A stretch of DNA of 64,000 bases, taken from an uncultured Candidatus Bathyarchaeia archaeon. Its GTDB lineage: Archaea > Thermoproteota > Bathyarchaeia > RBG-16-48-13 > CAYPFQ01. The DNA is taken from positions 22,560-86,559 of the forward strand of contig CAYPFQ010000001.1 of assembly GCA_964410135.1 (NCBI GenBank), written 5' to 3'. The translations under genes were made by a program, and so were the position numbers. Shown here in pieces: positions 49,073-58,542 of this stretch. Under the pieces are notes generated by a model. The model did not search any database. It was not told the origin of the DNA and saw nothing but the letters and a program-made list of their open reading frames with translations. Positions within the stretch are counted from its first letter, which is position 1. The number at the start of each line of letters is the position of its first letter.

Positions 49073-50722
49073 ATGAGTGTAGCGGTTCCAGGTGAATTGA
49101 GCGGTCAACCCATAATCATTCTAAAAGAAGGTACTGCGCGTAGACGAGGGCGAGAAGCCCAAAGAAACAATATTATGGCTGCGAAAATAATCGCTGAGGT
49201 TTTGAGGTCTACTCTTGGTCCACGTGGGATGGATAAACTGCTTGTGGACAGCCTTGGCGATGTTGTAATTACGAATGATGGCGCTACAATTCTTGACGAG
49301 ATTGATGTGCAACATCCCGCTGCAAAGATGCTTGTAGAAACAGCGAAAACCCAAGACAAAGAAGTAGGAGATGGAACTACTACTGTTGTTGTTTTGGCTG
49401 GTGAACTGTTGAAGAAAGCTGAAGAGCTTTTGGATCAGAATATTCACCCTACAACAATAGTGAGCGGATATAGGAAGGCGACTGACAAAGCCTTAGAAGT
49501 TCTATCAAAATTAGGGGTCACTACTGATATAAACGATCGTGCAACATTGAAGAAAATCGCTGTTACTTCAATGCACAGCAAGTCTATCGGGGCTGCGAAG
49601 GAACACTTCGCCGATATAGCACTTGAAGCTGTTAAGCAGGTTGCGGAGAAACGGGGTGACCACTGGATTACTGACATTGACCAGATTCAAATTGTAAAGA
49701 AAGCTGGTGAAAGCCTCATCGATACGCAGCTCATCAGAGGGATTGTTGTCGATAAGGAAGTTGTGCACTCAGAAATGCCTAAGCGAGTTGAGAAGGCAAA
49801 AATTGCACTGCTAGATTGCCCATTAGAAATTGAAAAAACCGAGTTTAGCGCAGAAATCCGAATTCGTGACCCAACTCAGATGAAAGCATTTCTCGACGAA
49901 GAGACGCATATGCTGAAAGCTATGGTTGACAAGATCAAGTCTTCAAATGCGAATGTCATCTTCTGCCAGAAGGGAATCGATGACATGGCACAGCACTTTT
50001 TAGCCAAAGAAGGAATCCTGGCTGTTAGAAGAGTGAAGAATTCTGACATGGAGAAACTTGCTAGAGCCACAGGCGCCCGGCTTGTTACAAATCTCGATGA
50101 TCTTAAACCTACTGACTTAGGTTCGGCAAACCTTGTATATGAGCGGAAGATCGGTGAAGACAAAATGGTGTTCGTTGAGGGATGCAAAGATCCCAAGTCG
50201 GTCAGCATACTCATTCGCGGCGGTCTGGAACGAATGGTAGATGAAGCGGAAAGAGCTATGCACGATGGGCTAAGCGTTGTTGCGGACGTGATTAAAAATA
50301 ACAGGATGGTGGCTGGTGGAGGCTCGATAGAGGCCGAAATAGCAAAACAATTACGTGACTACGCCCCTAAGGTCGGAGGAAGGGAACAACTCGCTATCGA
50401 AGCATTTGCCGAAGCTTTAGAGGTCATCCCCAAAACTCTGGCTGAAAATGCTGGGTTAGATCCAATCGACATAATGGTGTCTCTGAAAGCCGCTCATGAG
50501 AAGGCAAAGGGCACCTGGATGGGTGTAGGAATATTCAGTGGCAAAGTAGTTGATATGATGGAGAGTGGCGTAGTTGAACCCCTGAGCGTTAAAGAACAAG
50601 CAGTTAAGTCGGCGACGGAAGCTACCTCAATGATTATGAGGATAGACGACGTAATCGCAGCCTCGAAACCCTCTAAGAGAGAGATGCCGCCCATGCCTCC
50701 AGGTGGAATGGAAGGCTACTAG
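49073..50722 (+). CDS. ths: thermosome subunit (group II chaperonin)
   Basis: 549 aa with [17 protein letters not shown] and [16 protein letters not shown] motifs. The C-terminal tail is Met/Gly-rich. Confidence 0.95.
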   Translation: MSVAVPGELSGQPIIILKEGTARRRGREAQRNNIMAAKIIAEVLRSTLGPRGMDKLLVDSLGDVVITNDGATILDEIDVQHPAAKMLVETAKTQDKEVGDGTTTVVVLAGELLKKAEELLDQNIHPTTIVSGYRKATDKALEVLSKLGVTTDINDRATLKKIAVTSMHSKSIGAAKEHFADIALEAVKQVAEKRGDHWITDIDQIQIVKKAGESLIDTQLIRGIVVDKEVVHSEMPKRVEKAKIALLDCPLEIEKTEFSAEIRIRDPTQMKAFLDEETHMLKAMVDKIKSSNANVIFCQKGIDDMAQHFLAKEGILAVRRVKNSDMEKLARATGARLVTNLDDLKPTDLGSANLVYERKIGEDKMVFVEGCKDPKSVSILIRGGLERMVDEAERAMHDGLSVVADVIKNNRMVAGGGSIEAEIAKQLRDYAPKVGGREQLAIEAFAEALEVIPKTLAENAGLDPIDIMVSLKAAHEKAKGTWMGVGIFSGKVVDMMESGVVEPLSVKEQAVKSATEATSMIMRIDDVIAASKPSKREMPPMPPGGMEGY

Positions 50723-50772
50723 TGGGTTCTCTAAAAATACTTAAATCCATTTTTACCTATTTTGTTGCTGAT

Positions 50773-50880
50773 GCTCCGGTGGTGTAGCCCGGTTAAGCAT
50801 AAGGGCCTCTCGAGTCCTCGACGCGGGTTCAAATGTGAGAGGTGCAACTTCCTCTACTGAAATTCCCGCCCGGAGCACCA
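50773..50880 (+). tRNA. tRNA-Glu(CUC) with ~30-nt intron inserted in/after the T-loop (non-canonical position); CCA encoded
   Basis: GCTCCGG...CCGGAGC-A-CCA forms the acceptor. The anticodon arm is AGGGC-CTCTCGA-GTCCT. The T-arm 5' strand and loop GCGGG-TTCAAAT are separated from the 3' strand CCCGC by a 30-nt insert, GTGAGAGGTGCAACTTCCTCTACTGAAATT, at about 50835-50864. Confidence 0.65.
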
Positions 50881-51047
50881 GTACCTCTCCTCGTGATATG
50901 AAATAGTTAAAGAAACCAGTATCTATGGAAAACTCATTTGTAATACGAGGAATTTTATTCCAAGCACAATACATGTTCATTAGGAATTACGAAAAATGCT
51001 GTATATTTCCCTAAACCTTACTGATTGCATATAGTGGGCATCTGCCA

Positions 51048-51647
51048 TTGAGGTGGTCTAGGTTTAACAAAGTCATACTGATCACTGGGACACCTGGAAC
51101 AGGTAAGACAACTGTCTCAAGATTGCTGGCTTCTAAGCTGAATATTTTGCATGTTGATATTGGTGAGTTAGTGGCTAATGAAAATCTTGCTTCCGGCATG
51201 GATAAGGAGCGAAAAAGCTTGGTAGCTGACATTCCTAAAGTAGCTAAACGTGTAGAAGAGATTCTGCGGAAATCAAGGGGAGACATCATAGTTGATGGAC
51301 ATTATGCTGCTGATGTGGTTCCGAAAAAACTTCTTTCTTTTGCTTTTGTATTGAGGTGTGATCCTGATGAATTGAAGAAACGATTGGAGAGGGCTGGTGT
51401 AACTGGGAGAAAAAACCTGGAGAATGTAGCTGCTGAGATTTTAGATGTTTGTCTGAGCGATGCTGTAGGCGCCTATGGTACCAATAAGGTCTGCGAAATT
51501 GACACCAGCGGCAAAATTCCCAGAAGGGTAGTGGATGAAATCCTTGCTGTGGTACATGGGGAGACTGAGGCATCTGTTGGAAATGTAGATTGGTTAAAAA
51601 AATTGGAAGTAGAAGGGCGCGTTGAAGAATTTTTGGGGTGGATGTAG
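51048..51647 (+). CDS. putative adenylate kinase, Fap7/AK6 family
   Basis: 199 aa with TTG start. The P-loop ILITGTPGTGKTT and overall size match the archaeal AK6/Fap7 kinase. Confidence 0.8.
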   Translation: MRWSRFNKVILITGTPGTGKTTVSRLLASKLNILHVDIGELVANENLASGMDKERKSLVADIPKVAKRVEEILRKSRGDIIVDGHYAADVVPKKLLSFAFVLRCDPDELKKRLERAGVTGRKNLENVAAEILDVCLSDAVGAYGTNKVCEIDTSGKIPRRVVDEILAVVHGETEASVGNVDWLKKLEVEGRVEEFLGWM

Positions 51648-51842
51648 GCTCTGTATTTAATAATTGCTTGCTATAATTGTGGGCAACTTTTATTGGTAAA
51701 AAGTGGGCAAAAAACTAAGGTTTGCTCTTATTGTGGGTCAAGTTTTCATGTTATTCGAGCTAAGATTATTGCACGCGAGCGCTCTGCAAGGAGAGCTTCT
51801 CTTGTGCTTAGATCGTTGAAAAGGGCAAGAAAAGAGGGCTAA
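51648..51842 (+). CDS. zinc-ribbon reading frame (C-x2-C-x15-C-x2-C plus basic tail) directly in-frame after the TAG stop of the kinase gene; no canonical start before the first CxxC
   Basis: Translation continues ...GWM*ALYLIIACYNCGQLLLVKSGQKTKVCSYCGSSFHVIRAKIIARERSARRASLVLRSLKRARKEG*. The only in-frame ATG, GTG or TTG is a TTG lying between the two CxxC pairs. Confidence 0.35.
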   Translation, partial: ALYLIIACYNCGQLLLVKSGQKTKVCSYCGSSFHVIRAKIIARERSARRASLVLRSLKRARKEG

Positions 51843-53389
51843 GATGTGTTCTGAGCTTCATCTAGATGTGTTTGTATCAGGGTGTACCTAGTCTGCCCAG
51901 TTTTTTCATCGAGTTCTTTTTTGATTATGCCCTTCTCTGATAGCTCATTTAGAATTGGTACCGCTATTGGGTAAAACTCTGAGGTGGATACGACAGTCTT
52001 AATTTCATCATCGGTAAGAGATCCGTATTCTTTGAATAGCTGGTACAGCTTTGTTTGCATAATCAATTTTGCCATGGGCGGTTGCGAAGGTTTCTCTGCA
52101 ATTTCTATGTGGTATTCATAAAATCTTTTTTGCATTGTATTTTTCAGTTGGTCGTCAGATAACTGTGATAGGATTGAGGATTCTGTTTCTACATAGATTG
52201 GGAATGCGTAGGGGATTAGTGGCATGTTTACGATGGCTTCACCAAGTTTGAGATAGTGAAGATAACTTGCCTGTCTCTCAGTGAGCTTCATTGCTCCCTG
52301 CAGAATTTTTCGGTCATCCTCTGTCTTTATTTGGTGACAAATCCTTGTTGCAGCATTTTTCAGAATCTCATAAGAAACCTGTGTTGGAAACTGTGAGATT
52401 ATCACTAATCCTTCACCAAATTTTCTAAGCTCTGAAATCATCTTCTCTCCGATTGATGGCGGGTCTTCAGGGCGTCTGGCTGGGATTATATTGCGGGCTT
52501 CTTCGATTATTGTCACATGTTGGAGTTTAGAAAATTTCTCTTTCGTACGGTAATCATATAGGAGCTTAAGAAAGATTGAAGTGAAAATTTTTCTAATTTC
52601 CTGTTCCTTAAAGTGTCCCAGTTCTACAGACACTATGTCACTTAGAATATCTTCAATTGGGATTGTTGTTTGCCCGTTCAATGCTTTACCTGCCTGTCCC
52701 TCTGTTAGTGGTTTCAGCCTCCTAAGCAGGGCCAATTTGGTTTCATTGTCGTAGGCTGAGCGTATCGGAGCGCGTTCTATCTCCTGAACGATATCTGAGA
52801 CTATAGGTGGCAGCGATGGTTTCTCGCTAAAATAGCCGCATCTTCTATATGTACTCCGCAGTGCTTCCCTAAACATGTACCCTTGCGGCGGTGTGAAGTT
52901 GAATATATCCGTAAAAATATCTGTCACGAGACTCATGTGTTCGCTCAGATCTCCGGAAAGCGAGGGATCCAACGGGTTCACAGTTAATGGTGCTACATCT
53001 TTTCCAGGCGTGAAAACTAACCCATTTTTATGAGATACTATATTCCTGTACTCATTGTGCCAATCAATCACTAATACCTTTATTCCGAGTTCCACAAGTC
53101 TCGATAGAATCACACTGGCAGTTGTTGATTTTCCCGATCCGGTCATTCCGAAGATCGCGATGTGCGTATTCAAGTCTTCGAGACTTAGATGCACCCCGTA
53201 GAGATTGTTCCCATGTTTCTTAACCCAGCCTAAAAATGGACCGTCCCTTCGCACTTCACTTGGTCTTGGGAGATTAAAATAAGGTTCGACTACAAGATCG
53301 ACGGTCGTAGGTGTTGGCATGATAAAATTAGTCAGGGTAACAATTTCAGGTGCGATTAATGTTGAGGTTGAGGAACTGGAAAAGGGCAT
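51839..53389 (-). CDS. DUF87 ATPase (HerA/FtsK/VirB4-like) with C-terminal wHTH-like segment
   Basis: 516 aa. Walker A is FGMTGSGKST. The DWHNEY motif is typical of HerA/VirB4-type ATPases. It is the last gene of the operon. Confidence 0.7.
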   Translation of the reverse strand: MPFSSSSTSTLIAPEIVTLTNFIMPTPTTVDLVVEPYFNLPRPSEVRRDGPFLGWVKKHGNNLYGVHLSLEDLNTHIAIFGMTGSGKSTTASVILSRLVELGIKVLVIDWHNEYRNIVSHKNGLVFTPGKDVAPLTVNPLDPSLSGDLSEHMSLVTDIFTDIFNFTPPQGYMFREALRSTYRRCGYFSEKPSLPPIVSDIVQEIERAPIRSAYDNETKLALLRRLKPLTEGQAGKALNGQTTIPIEDILSDIVSVELGHFKEQEIRKIFTSIFLKLLYDYRTKEKFSKLQHVTIIEEARNIIPARRPEDPPSIGEKMISELRKFGEGLVIISQFPTQVSYEILKNAATRICHQIKTEDDRKILQGAMKLTERQASYLHYLKLGEAIVNMPLIPYAFPIYVETESSILSQLSDDQLKNTMQKRFYEYHIEIAEKPSQPPMAKLIMQTKLYQLFKEYGSLTDDEIKTVVSTSEFYPIAVPILNELSEKGIIKKELDEKTGQTRYTLIQTHLDEAQNTS

Positions 53390-54327
53390 AAAAAATTTCC
53401 TATAGTCTCGAGAAGTTCCACATTTTTGAGTTGTAACGCCTCCATTTCGGGAAAGACGGCGACTATCGCTGCAAGAACGCTGTTCACATTTTCCGCGAGC
53501 CTATTAAGAAGATTATCTAATTCGTTTTTGTCACCATCAGCCCATATGAAAAATAGTACTTCTGTTTGGAAGAATCCTACCTTGCTACCAAGATAAAGCC
53601 TCTTCAACTCAGATTTCTCTTCTTCGAGCATTCTCTCATCCACCGCTCCTAACGTGGCTTTTGAATCTCCTATGTATTTCACATCAGATTCTAATTGCCT
53701 TAGTTTTGACTTGAGTAGTTTTGATTCTGTACTGATTGGGTTAAGAGAAACGACGTAAATGCACGGTATGCCGCGTTTCTGAATACCTGAGAAGAAATCA
53801 CGTAGCTTATAGAATGTGGAAATGTACTCTAGCCGATTTGAGTAGGCCTCATCGCTTATTTCAACCTCAGGAATTCTAGGTCTGCCAGTAAGCCGTATCA
53901 CGGCCATTGCCCTAGCCCTCGATTTTGATTCAAATATCAGCGATCTTCCTTGCATAAGTTTGGCAGCTGTAACATTTAGTGCTTGAAAAATTTCTATTTC
54001 ATTTTTACCAACTACTCTTAACCGAATACCTGCTCGCCGTAGTATTCCAGTAACCTCCGAGGAAAAATGTCGCAGGAGAAGTGCACCGCCAAATAGGAAT
54101 GCGCTTCCTACGATAAGGGGGAGGTCTATCCCGCCAATTTTAGATGGAATTTTAATGCTTGATGACGTAAGCAACCAGCGTAAGTCAAGCAGTATGATAA
54201 TTGCCATGATGATTGGTATGCTAATCTGCATCAATCTGCCATCAGGCTTAGGCATAGGACTACCTTCGGCTAACCGGTCCACATCCAGCTGAATAAGCCT
54301 TGAGCGATCTCTTGTATCTCCTTCCAA
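53356..54327 (-). CDS. membrane-anchored protein (N-terminal TM segments + cytoplasmic domain), unknown family
   Basis: 323 aa with a hydrophobic N-terminal region (IPIIMAIIILLD, LPLIVGSAFLFGGALLL). It overlaps the DUF87 ATPase gene by 34 nt. Confidence 0.35.
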   Translation of the reverse strand: MEGDTRDRSRLIQLDVDRLAEGSPMPKPDGRLMQISIPIIMAIIILLDLRWLLTSSSIKIPSKIGGIDLPLIVGSAFLFGGALLLRHFSSEVTGILRRAGIRLRVVGKNEIEIFQALNVTAAKLMQGRSLIFESKSRARAMAVIRLTGRPRIPEVEISDEAYSNRLEYISTFYKLRDFFSGIQKRGIPCIYVVSLNPISTESKLLKSKLRQLESDVKYIGDSKATLGAVDERMLEEEKSELKRLYLGSKVGFFQTEVLFFIWADGDKNELDNLLNRLAENVNSVLAAIVAVFPEMEALQLKNVELLETIGNFLCPFPVPQPQH

Positions 54328-54491
54328 GTCTGACCGAAAAAGCTGGTGACCATGTTTATGACATTATGTACTAGTCCCAGCATCACGGTCAACATGAATA
54401 GTGCTATGACAAGCAGTAATCCCTCTTCCACTAACTGGGTTGCCGAGGTATTTCTGATCAGATCTAGGATTCGTTTGATTATGCGTTTCAC
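54270..54491 (-). CDS. Flp/type-IV-pilin-like small protein (candidate prepilin)
   Basis: 73 aa. The charged N-terminus MKRIIKRILDLIRNTSATQLVEEG is followed by a hydrophobic helix LLLVIALFMLTVMLGLV, which resembles the Flp prepilin pattern. Confidence 0.4.
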   Translation of the reverse strand: MKRIIKRILDLIRNTSATQLVEEGLLLVIALFMLTVMLGLVHNVINMVTSFFGQTWKEIQEIAQGLFSWMWTG

Positions 54492-54546
54492 TAAAACTCC
54501 TTCCTATGCAAATTTTTCAAGATCTATTTAAGCACCACATCTCACA

Positions 54547-55374
54547 TCAGTAAACAAGAAGCATCGGTAAAAATGAGGTAGCCACAATGAATATCCCCCA
54601 AAAAACTATCAGGGATGCGACAGAGTACATGTACGGGTTTTCAGCAAACGACATCAACCCAGCATAGTATGCAGAGATGCTAGATGTTACTGAAATGGCT
54701 ATTGCAAGAAGCCAGTGCACATTGAATGCTAAATTTGATCTAACAGCTAGATGTGAGATGATGATCGCCGAGAATAGCGGCAGCATGGCTAATAAGATAG
54801 CTGATGATGCCGAACAAGCAACTATTAGAATCTTAATCTTGAAAGACAGCCCCTTTGCTACATGCTCTCTCTCTTCTAGAAGCCTGCGGTTCTCTCGATG
54901 TCTTAAAATAGCTTGTGCCAGATGCTCTCCTGCTTTTTTTGAGTCGGTTTCAATAAGTCTGCAGACCATGAACATCAATGGACGGAGTTTTTTTAAGTTT
55001 GGCTGAGATGCCATATAATCGAACACTGAAACAAGTGGCAAACCACTCGCGATTCTGTTAGATACCTCGAGTAGTTTAGCACGTAATGGTCCGGCATAAT
55101 GGCTAATTGTGTTTTCATATGCAAGCTCTGGGCTGTTGCCTCGTTTTAGTTCCTCAGCAAGAAGCGTCAGAAACGATTCAAATTCACTCACTGCTTGACT
55201 TTCATTAATCTCTTTTTTTGTAAATATGGTCGGTAGCAAAGCCAAGATGGTTATCGTAATTGCAACGAAAGTAATGATGGCTATAGATGGGGTATACGTA
55301 ACTATGTAGATCGCTAGAGCTGCGAGAAAACCACACATAATTCCTGTAATCGTTTGGAACCGAGAGCCTCTCAT
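54547..55374 (-). CDS. TadC/GspF-like pilus platform membrane protein (T2SSF-like domain)
   Basis: 275 aa. TM helices at the N-terminus, a central cytoplasmic helical domain and C-terminal TM helices give the T2SSF topology. Confidence 0.55.
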   Translation of the reverse strand: MRGSRFQTITGIMCGFLAALAIYIVTYTPSIAIITFVAITITILALLPTIFTKKEINESQAVSEFESFLTLLAEELKRGNSPELAYENTISHYAGPLRAKLLEVSNRIASGLPLVSVFDYMASQPNLKKLRPLMFMVCRLIETDSKKAGEHLAQAILRHRENRRLLEEREHVAKGLSFKIKILIVACSASSAILLAMLPLFSAIIISHLAVRSNLAFNVHWLLAIAISVTSSISAYYAGLMSFAENPYMYSVASLIVFWGIFIVATSFLPMLLVY

Positions 55375-56180
55375 CCTAATAGATGCGCCTCGTTTCGCGT
55401 TAATCTATGGAATGTAAGATCCATCAATATGGTGTGAAGTGGAACTATTAAGAAAACATAGGGTGAACTGAATAAGCCCAGCATGGTTATGCCGAAAGAG
55501 AACACTAATGGTAAGAAGAAGCCTGAAGCTATGAAAACAAGTGCCTGACTTTCAAATTGAAGTGAAAACTCCTGGAAATAGCCTCTAACCTCAAACTCAG
55601 ATAAATCAATTAAATGTCGCAGAGTCCCTTCAGTTAGCATGCGCGAGGAGAGAATCTCAATAAGGCCGTGTCGAAATGCTATTGAAGGTTGGCTGTGCGC
55701 ATAATCCATCAATAATTTATCTGGATCTCGCCCGCTAAGAGTCTGAAAACTGACCTCCTTGATTTTCTCAGAGACATAGGGATAGTTTCCCAGTATAATT
55801 GCCTGTAATGCGTCGAATATCGATCCCGTTGATTTAAGAATGAAGTAAAATTCTTGAAGTATCAAGCTTGTATAGCTTGAGATCGTTATTCGTTCTACTC
55901 TTAGTTTATTCGGCAGATAATTGATAAGAAGTAAGAATGAAATATAGCCAAGCGTGATGGAAATGACTGTTGCAATTAAAGAATTTAAATAGAATAGAAT
56001 TGAGAACGTAGCTAACCCAATTGTTGTGGATATGCCCAAGGCGCCGGCTATCACGTCTTCTGGTTTAAATTTATAATAAATCGCGGCATTTTTTGTTAGT
56101 TCACTCAGAGGGATTCTCCTAACAACCTTGAGTGGAATTACTGGCGCAAAAAATGTGAAAGCAGTCCTTATCAGATTCAA
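55371..56180 (-). CDS. TadB/GspF-like pilus platform membrane protein (T2SSF-like domain)
   Basis: 269 aa with the same topology as its neighbour. The two are coupled by 4-nt overlaps, looking like a split FlaJ/TadBC. Confidence 0.55.
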   Translation of the reverse strand: MNLIRTAFTFFAPVIPLKVVRRIPLSELTKNAAIYYKFKPEDVIAGALGISTTIGLATFSILFYLNSLIATVISITLGYISFLLLINYLPNKLRVERITISSYTSLILQEFYFILKSTGSIFDALQAIILGNYPYVSEKIKEVSFQTLSGRDPDKLLMDYAHSQPSIAFRHGLIEILSSRMLTEGTLRHLIDLSEFEVRGYFQEFSLQFESQALVFIASGFFLPLVFSFGITMLGLFSSPYVFLIVPLHTILMDLTFHRLTRNEAHLLG

Positions 56181-57751
56181 TGTTCAAATCTCGCATCGTG
56201 CTGTCTAAGAAACTCAAGGAATTCATCCCAGTCGGCGGATCCATCTTGTTCCCATCCTATTTTTGTGGCGTGTAGATAATGGAATATCTCTACATTTTCT
56301 CTAACTCCAAAAATCTGGTTTTGAGCGAGCATCTTGAAGAGTTTTTTGTAAGCATTGTATTCGTCATAAAATTTTGCGCTATCAATATGCTCTATTTTTA
56401 TAATTTTTTGAAATACGGGAGCTTCAGTTAGATCGCATGCCAACTTTAATGTGGAGTCAGCTGGATCCCATGAGAAGATGTCCTGTAAATTTATTGTCGA
56501 GATGTCTAGGCAAACCGGTTTATTAGGTAAAGCAACTTCACAAATCTTTATAACTCTTCGCACATCTTTTCCAGAGATACGTAGCTTTTTAGTTTGAACG
56601 ATTAAATCTAAGTCAAAGAAGCATATGACTGGAACTTTGTGATGGGTAGCCCATCGGACGATCGCCTGTTCAGGTGATGCCGCATGACAGGTTTGAAGCC
56701 CTTTTAGACCTGCTGCGAGAGCATGAAACATGGCTAAACTATGCTCAGCTGTTTGGATTTCTCCCAGATAGATCCAATCAGGTGCCCTATGCAGTAATTT
56801 TATAATCTCAACGCTCTTTGTTAGGCCTTCGCGGTCGAGGGATTCGAACGGTTTAACTTTGAGCCGGATTTGGTGATTGCCAAATTTGGTTTGCGGAATG
56901 CTTTCAACCACATCTTCTACAGTTATTTTTCGCCACTCAGGGGGAGTCAGCAGGTCTATCGTATTAATCAGCGTGGTTTTTCCAGATCCGGGTTCGCCGA
57001 TGACAGTTATATTCCGTTTTCTCGTCAAGCAAAAGTAAAGGTAGGCCGCTGCTTCAGAGGTTAGTGTACCGTTAAAGATCAATTCTGGTAGAGTGAAATA
57101 TTTTCTCCGTAATTTTCTGATATCTAGATGTGCACCGTCAACCGATAATGGAGGGATATCGATCGAGAATCTGGCTTGGAAATCGTTTGCGAATAGCTCT
57201 GTTTTTAAAGAAGGGTTTATGGCATCTAGCCGTAGCCCACTTTCTGCTCTTAGTCTAGTCTTTAGAGCCGAGACTTCTCTCCCAGATAAGTGTATGTTTG
57301 TTCGGCAACGTCCCCATCGCCGGTGATCTATGTATAAAAACCCATCCGGATTGTCCAAGAAGATCTCGTCAACATCTTCGTCAAGCAAGAAGGGCATTAT
57401 CTTCAAAAGACGCATTGATCTGTAGGCCGCTAGAATTGAGAGGGTATTAACTTTACCCTCCGGTAAGACTGGGTATTTCAGCTTCAATTGATTTTTAGCT
57501 TCGGTAATCCTTTCTGCTGTTAAATCTTGAAATTTTGGAAATTGACAGTTTGACAAATTAGAATTTAACCTAAGTGCCTTAACTAGCTCATCGATGATTC
57601 CCTTTAATTGGTAATAACTGGCATCGGGGGATATATGGTAAAAACATTCAGACATCTTAGGTAATTGAGGTTCGTAGATTCTAATCCTATACGGTCCAAC
57701 AGCATGTTCTTCTACAAAATTACACGAATTCAAAATTGAATCCGACATCAA
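56177..57751 (-). CDS. type II/IV secretion-family ATPase (TadA/FlaI/VirB11-like)
   Basis: 524 aa. Walker A is VIGEPGSGKTTLINTI. The downstream GEI...His-box region is WIYLGEIQTAEHSLAMFHALAAGLKGLQTCHAAS. The N-terminal domain has the typical length. Confidence 0.8.
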   Translation of the reverse strand: MMSDSILNSCNFVEEHAVGPYRIRIYEPQLPKMSECFYHISPDASYYQLKGIIDELVKALRLNSNLSNCQFPKFQDLTAERITEAKNQLKLKYPVLPEGKVNTLSILAAYRSMRLLKIMPFLLDEDVDEIFLDNPDGFLYIDHRRWGRCRTNIHLSGREVSALKTRLRAESGLRLDAINPSLKTELFANDFQARFSIDIPPLSVDGAHLDIRKLRRKYFTLPELIFNGTLTSEAAAYLYFCLTRKRNITVIGEPGSGKTTLINTIDLLTPPEWRKITVEDVVESIPQTKFGNHQIRLKVKPFESLDREGLTKSVEIIKLLHRAPDWIYLGEIQTAEHSLAMFHALAAGLKGLQTCHAASPEQAIVRWATHHKVPVICFFDLDLIVQTKKLRISGKDVRRVIKICEVALPNKPVCLDISTINLQDIFSWDPADSTLKLACDLTEAPVFQKIIKIEHIDSAKFYDEYNAYKKLFKMLAQNQIFGVRENVEIFHYLHATKIGWEQDGSADWDEFLEFLRQHDARFEH

Positions 57752-57764
57752 TAGTCCTCAATAG

Positions 57765-58211
57765 TCATCTGGGCGCTCTAAGGCGCTCAACTATTGCGGG
57801 CACGTATTCGCTGATAGCGTCTATGATGCCATTGACACTAGCCTCTAGTGATGCAATCCTAGCTTCAAGATCGCTTTGAATTGGGCCATCAGGCGCGATT
57901 CTAACTTCCTGGGATAGTTTAGAAAATGCTAGAGCTAGTTTATTTACCTCCTCCTGCAGCGACTGGATAAACAACCTTTGCCTTTCAAATTCCTCCTGTA
58001 ATAACGTCAAACTCTCCTTATCCGAGGTAGATATTTGATCAGCCGCCGAGTTATTCGACATAGTGTCAGCATGGATCTCGTTGATTGCCTGCTCTACTTT
58101 CTCACCTGGAAATCCTAATTCTAGTAGCACATTTTTAATTGCGGTGGTTGAAACTCCGCTTCGAAGCATGGCATTTGCCAATTCGTCAACTGTTTTTTTG
58201 ATGGTCTTCAC
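57765..58211 (-). CDS. coiled-coil protein (148 aa)
   Basis: Helical, heptad-rich protein in the same operon. Confidence 0.3.
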   Translation of the reverse strand: MKTIKKTVDELANAMLRSGVSTTAIKNVLLELGFPGEKVEQAINEIHADTMSNNSAADQISTSDKESLTLLQEEFERQRLFIQSLQEEVNKLALAFSKLSQEVRIAPDGPIQSDLEARIASLEASVNGIIDAISEYVPAIVERLRAPR

Positions 58212-58504
58212 CCAGCCCTCTGAAACTCTCTTTGCAATTCTATCCTGTTCACGATCTTCACATAGGTTTTCAGAGACGCTATTTTCAGCTCAAATAAGCG
58301 TTGAGTGAACTCTATGCGAGATTTTATAGATGCGACGGCTTCCTCCATCAACAGTAGTTGAGACTTCAAAGAACGTAGCTCACTGCATAGGCTGTTGAAT
58401 CCAAGCTTTAGATCTGCGATTTCTTCCGCAATCTCAAAAAAAGAATCATTGTGGTTTAGCTTAGATTGTGAGTGCAATGAATGGCGCCTAACGTTCATCT
58501 GCAA
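58208..58504 (-). CDS. coiled-coil protein (98 aa)
   Basis: Helical protein with a 4-nt overlap onto the downstream gene. Confidence 0.3.
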   Translation of the reverse strand: MQMNVRRHSLHSQSKLNHNDSFFEIAEEIADLKLGFNSLCSELRSLKSQLLLMEEAVASIKSRIEFTQRLFELKIASLKTYVKIVNRIELQREFQRAG

Positions 58505-58542
58505 GGCACCTTTAAAGAACCACGAATTAGAATACGCGAAAT

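Noticed and set aside
51644-51647. Pyrrolysine (TAG-sense) decoding as the explanation for the in-frame zinc ribbon after the kinase stop
   Set aside because: TAG is used as an ordinary stop by several well-supported genes in the window (sepS, rtcA, thermosome, DUF87 ATPase). Pyl-decoding genomes normally deplete TAG stops, so genome-wide TAG reassignment is unlikely. Local read-through or a sequence error remains possible.
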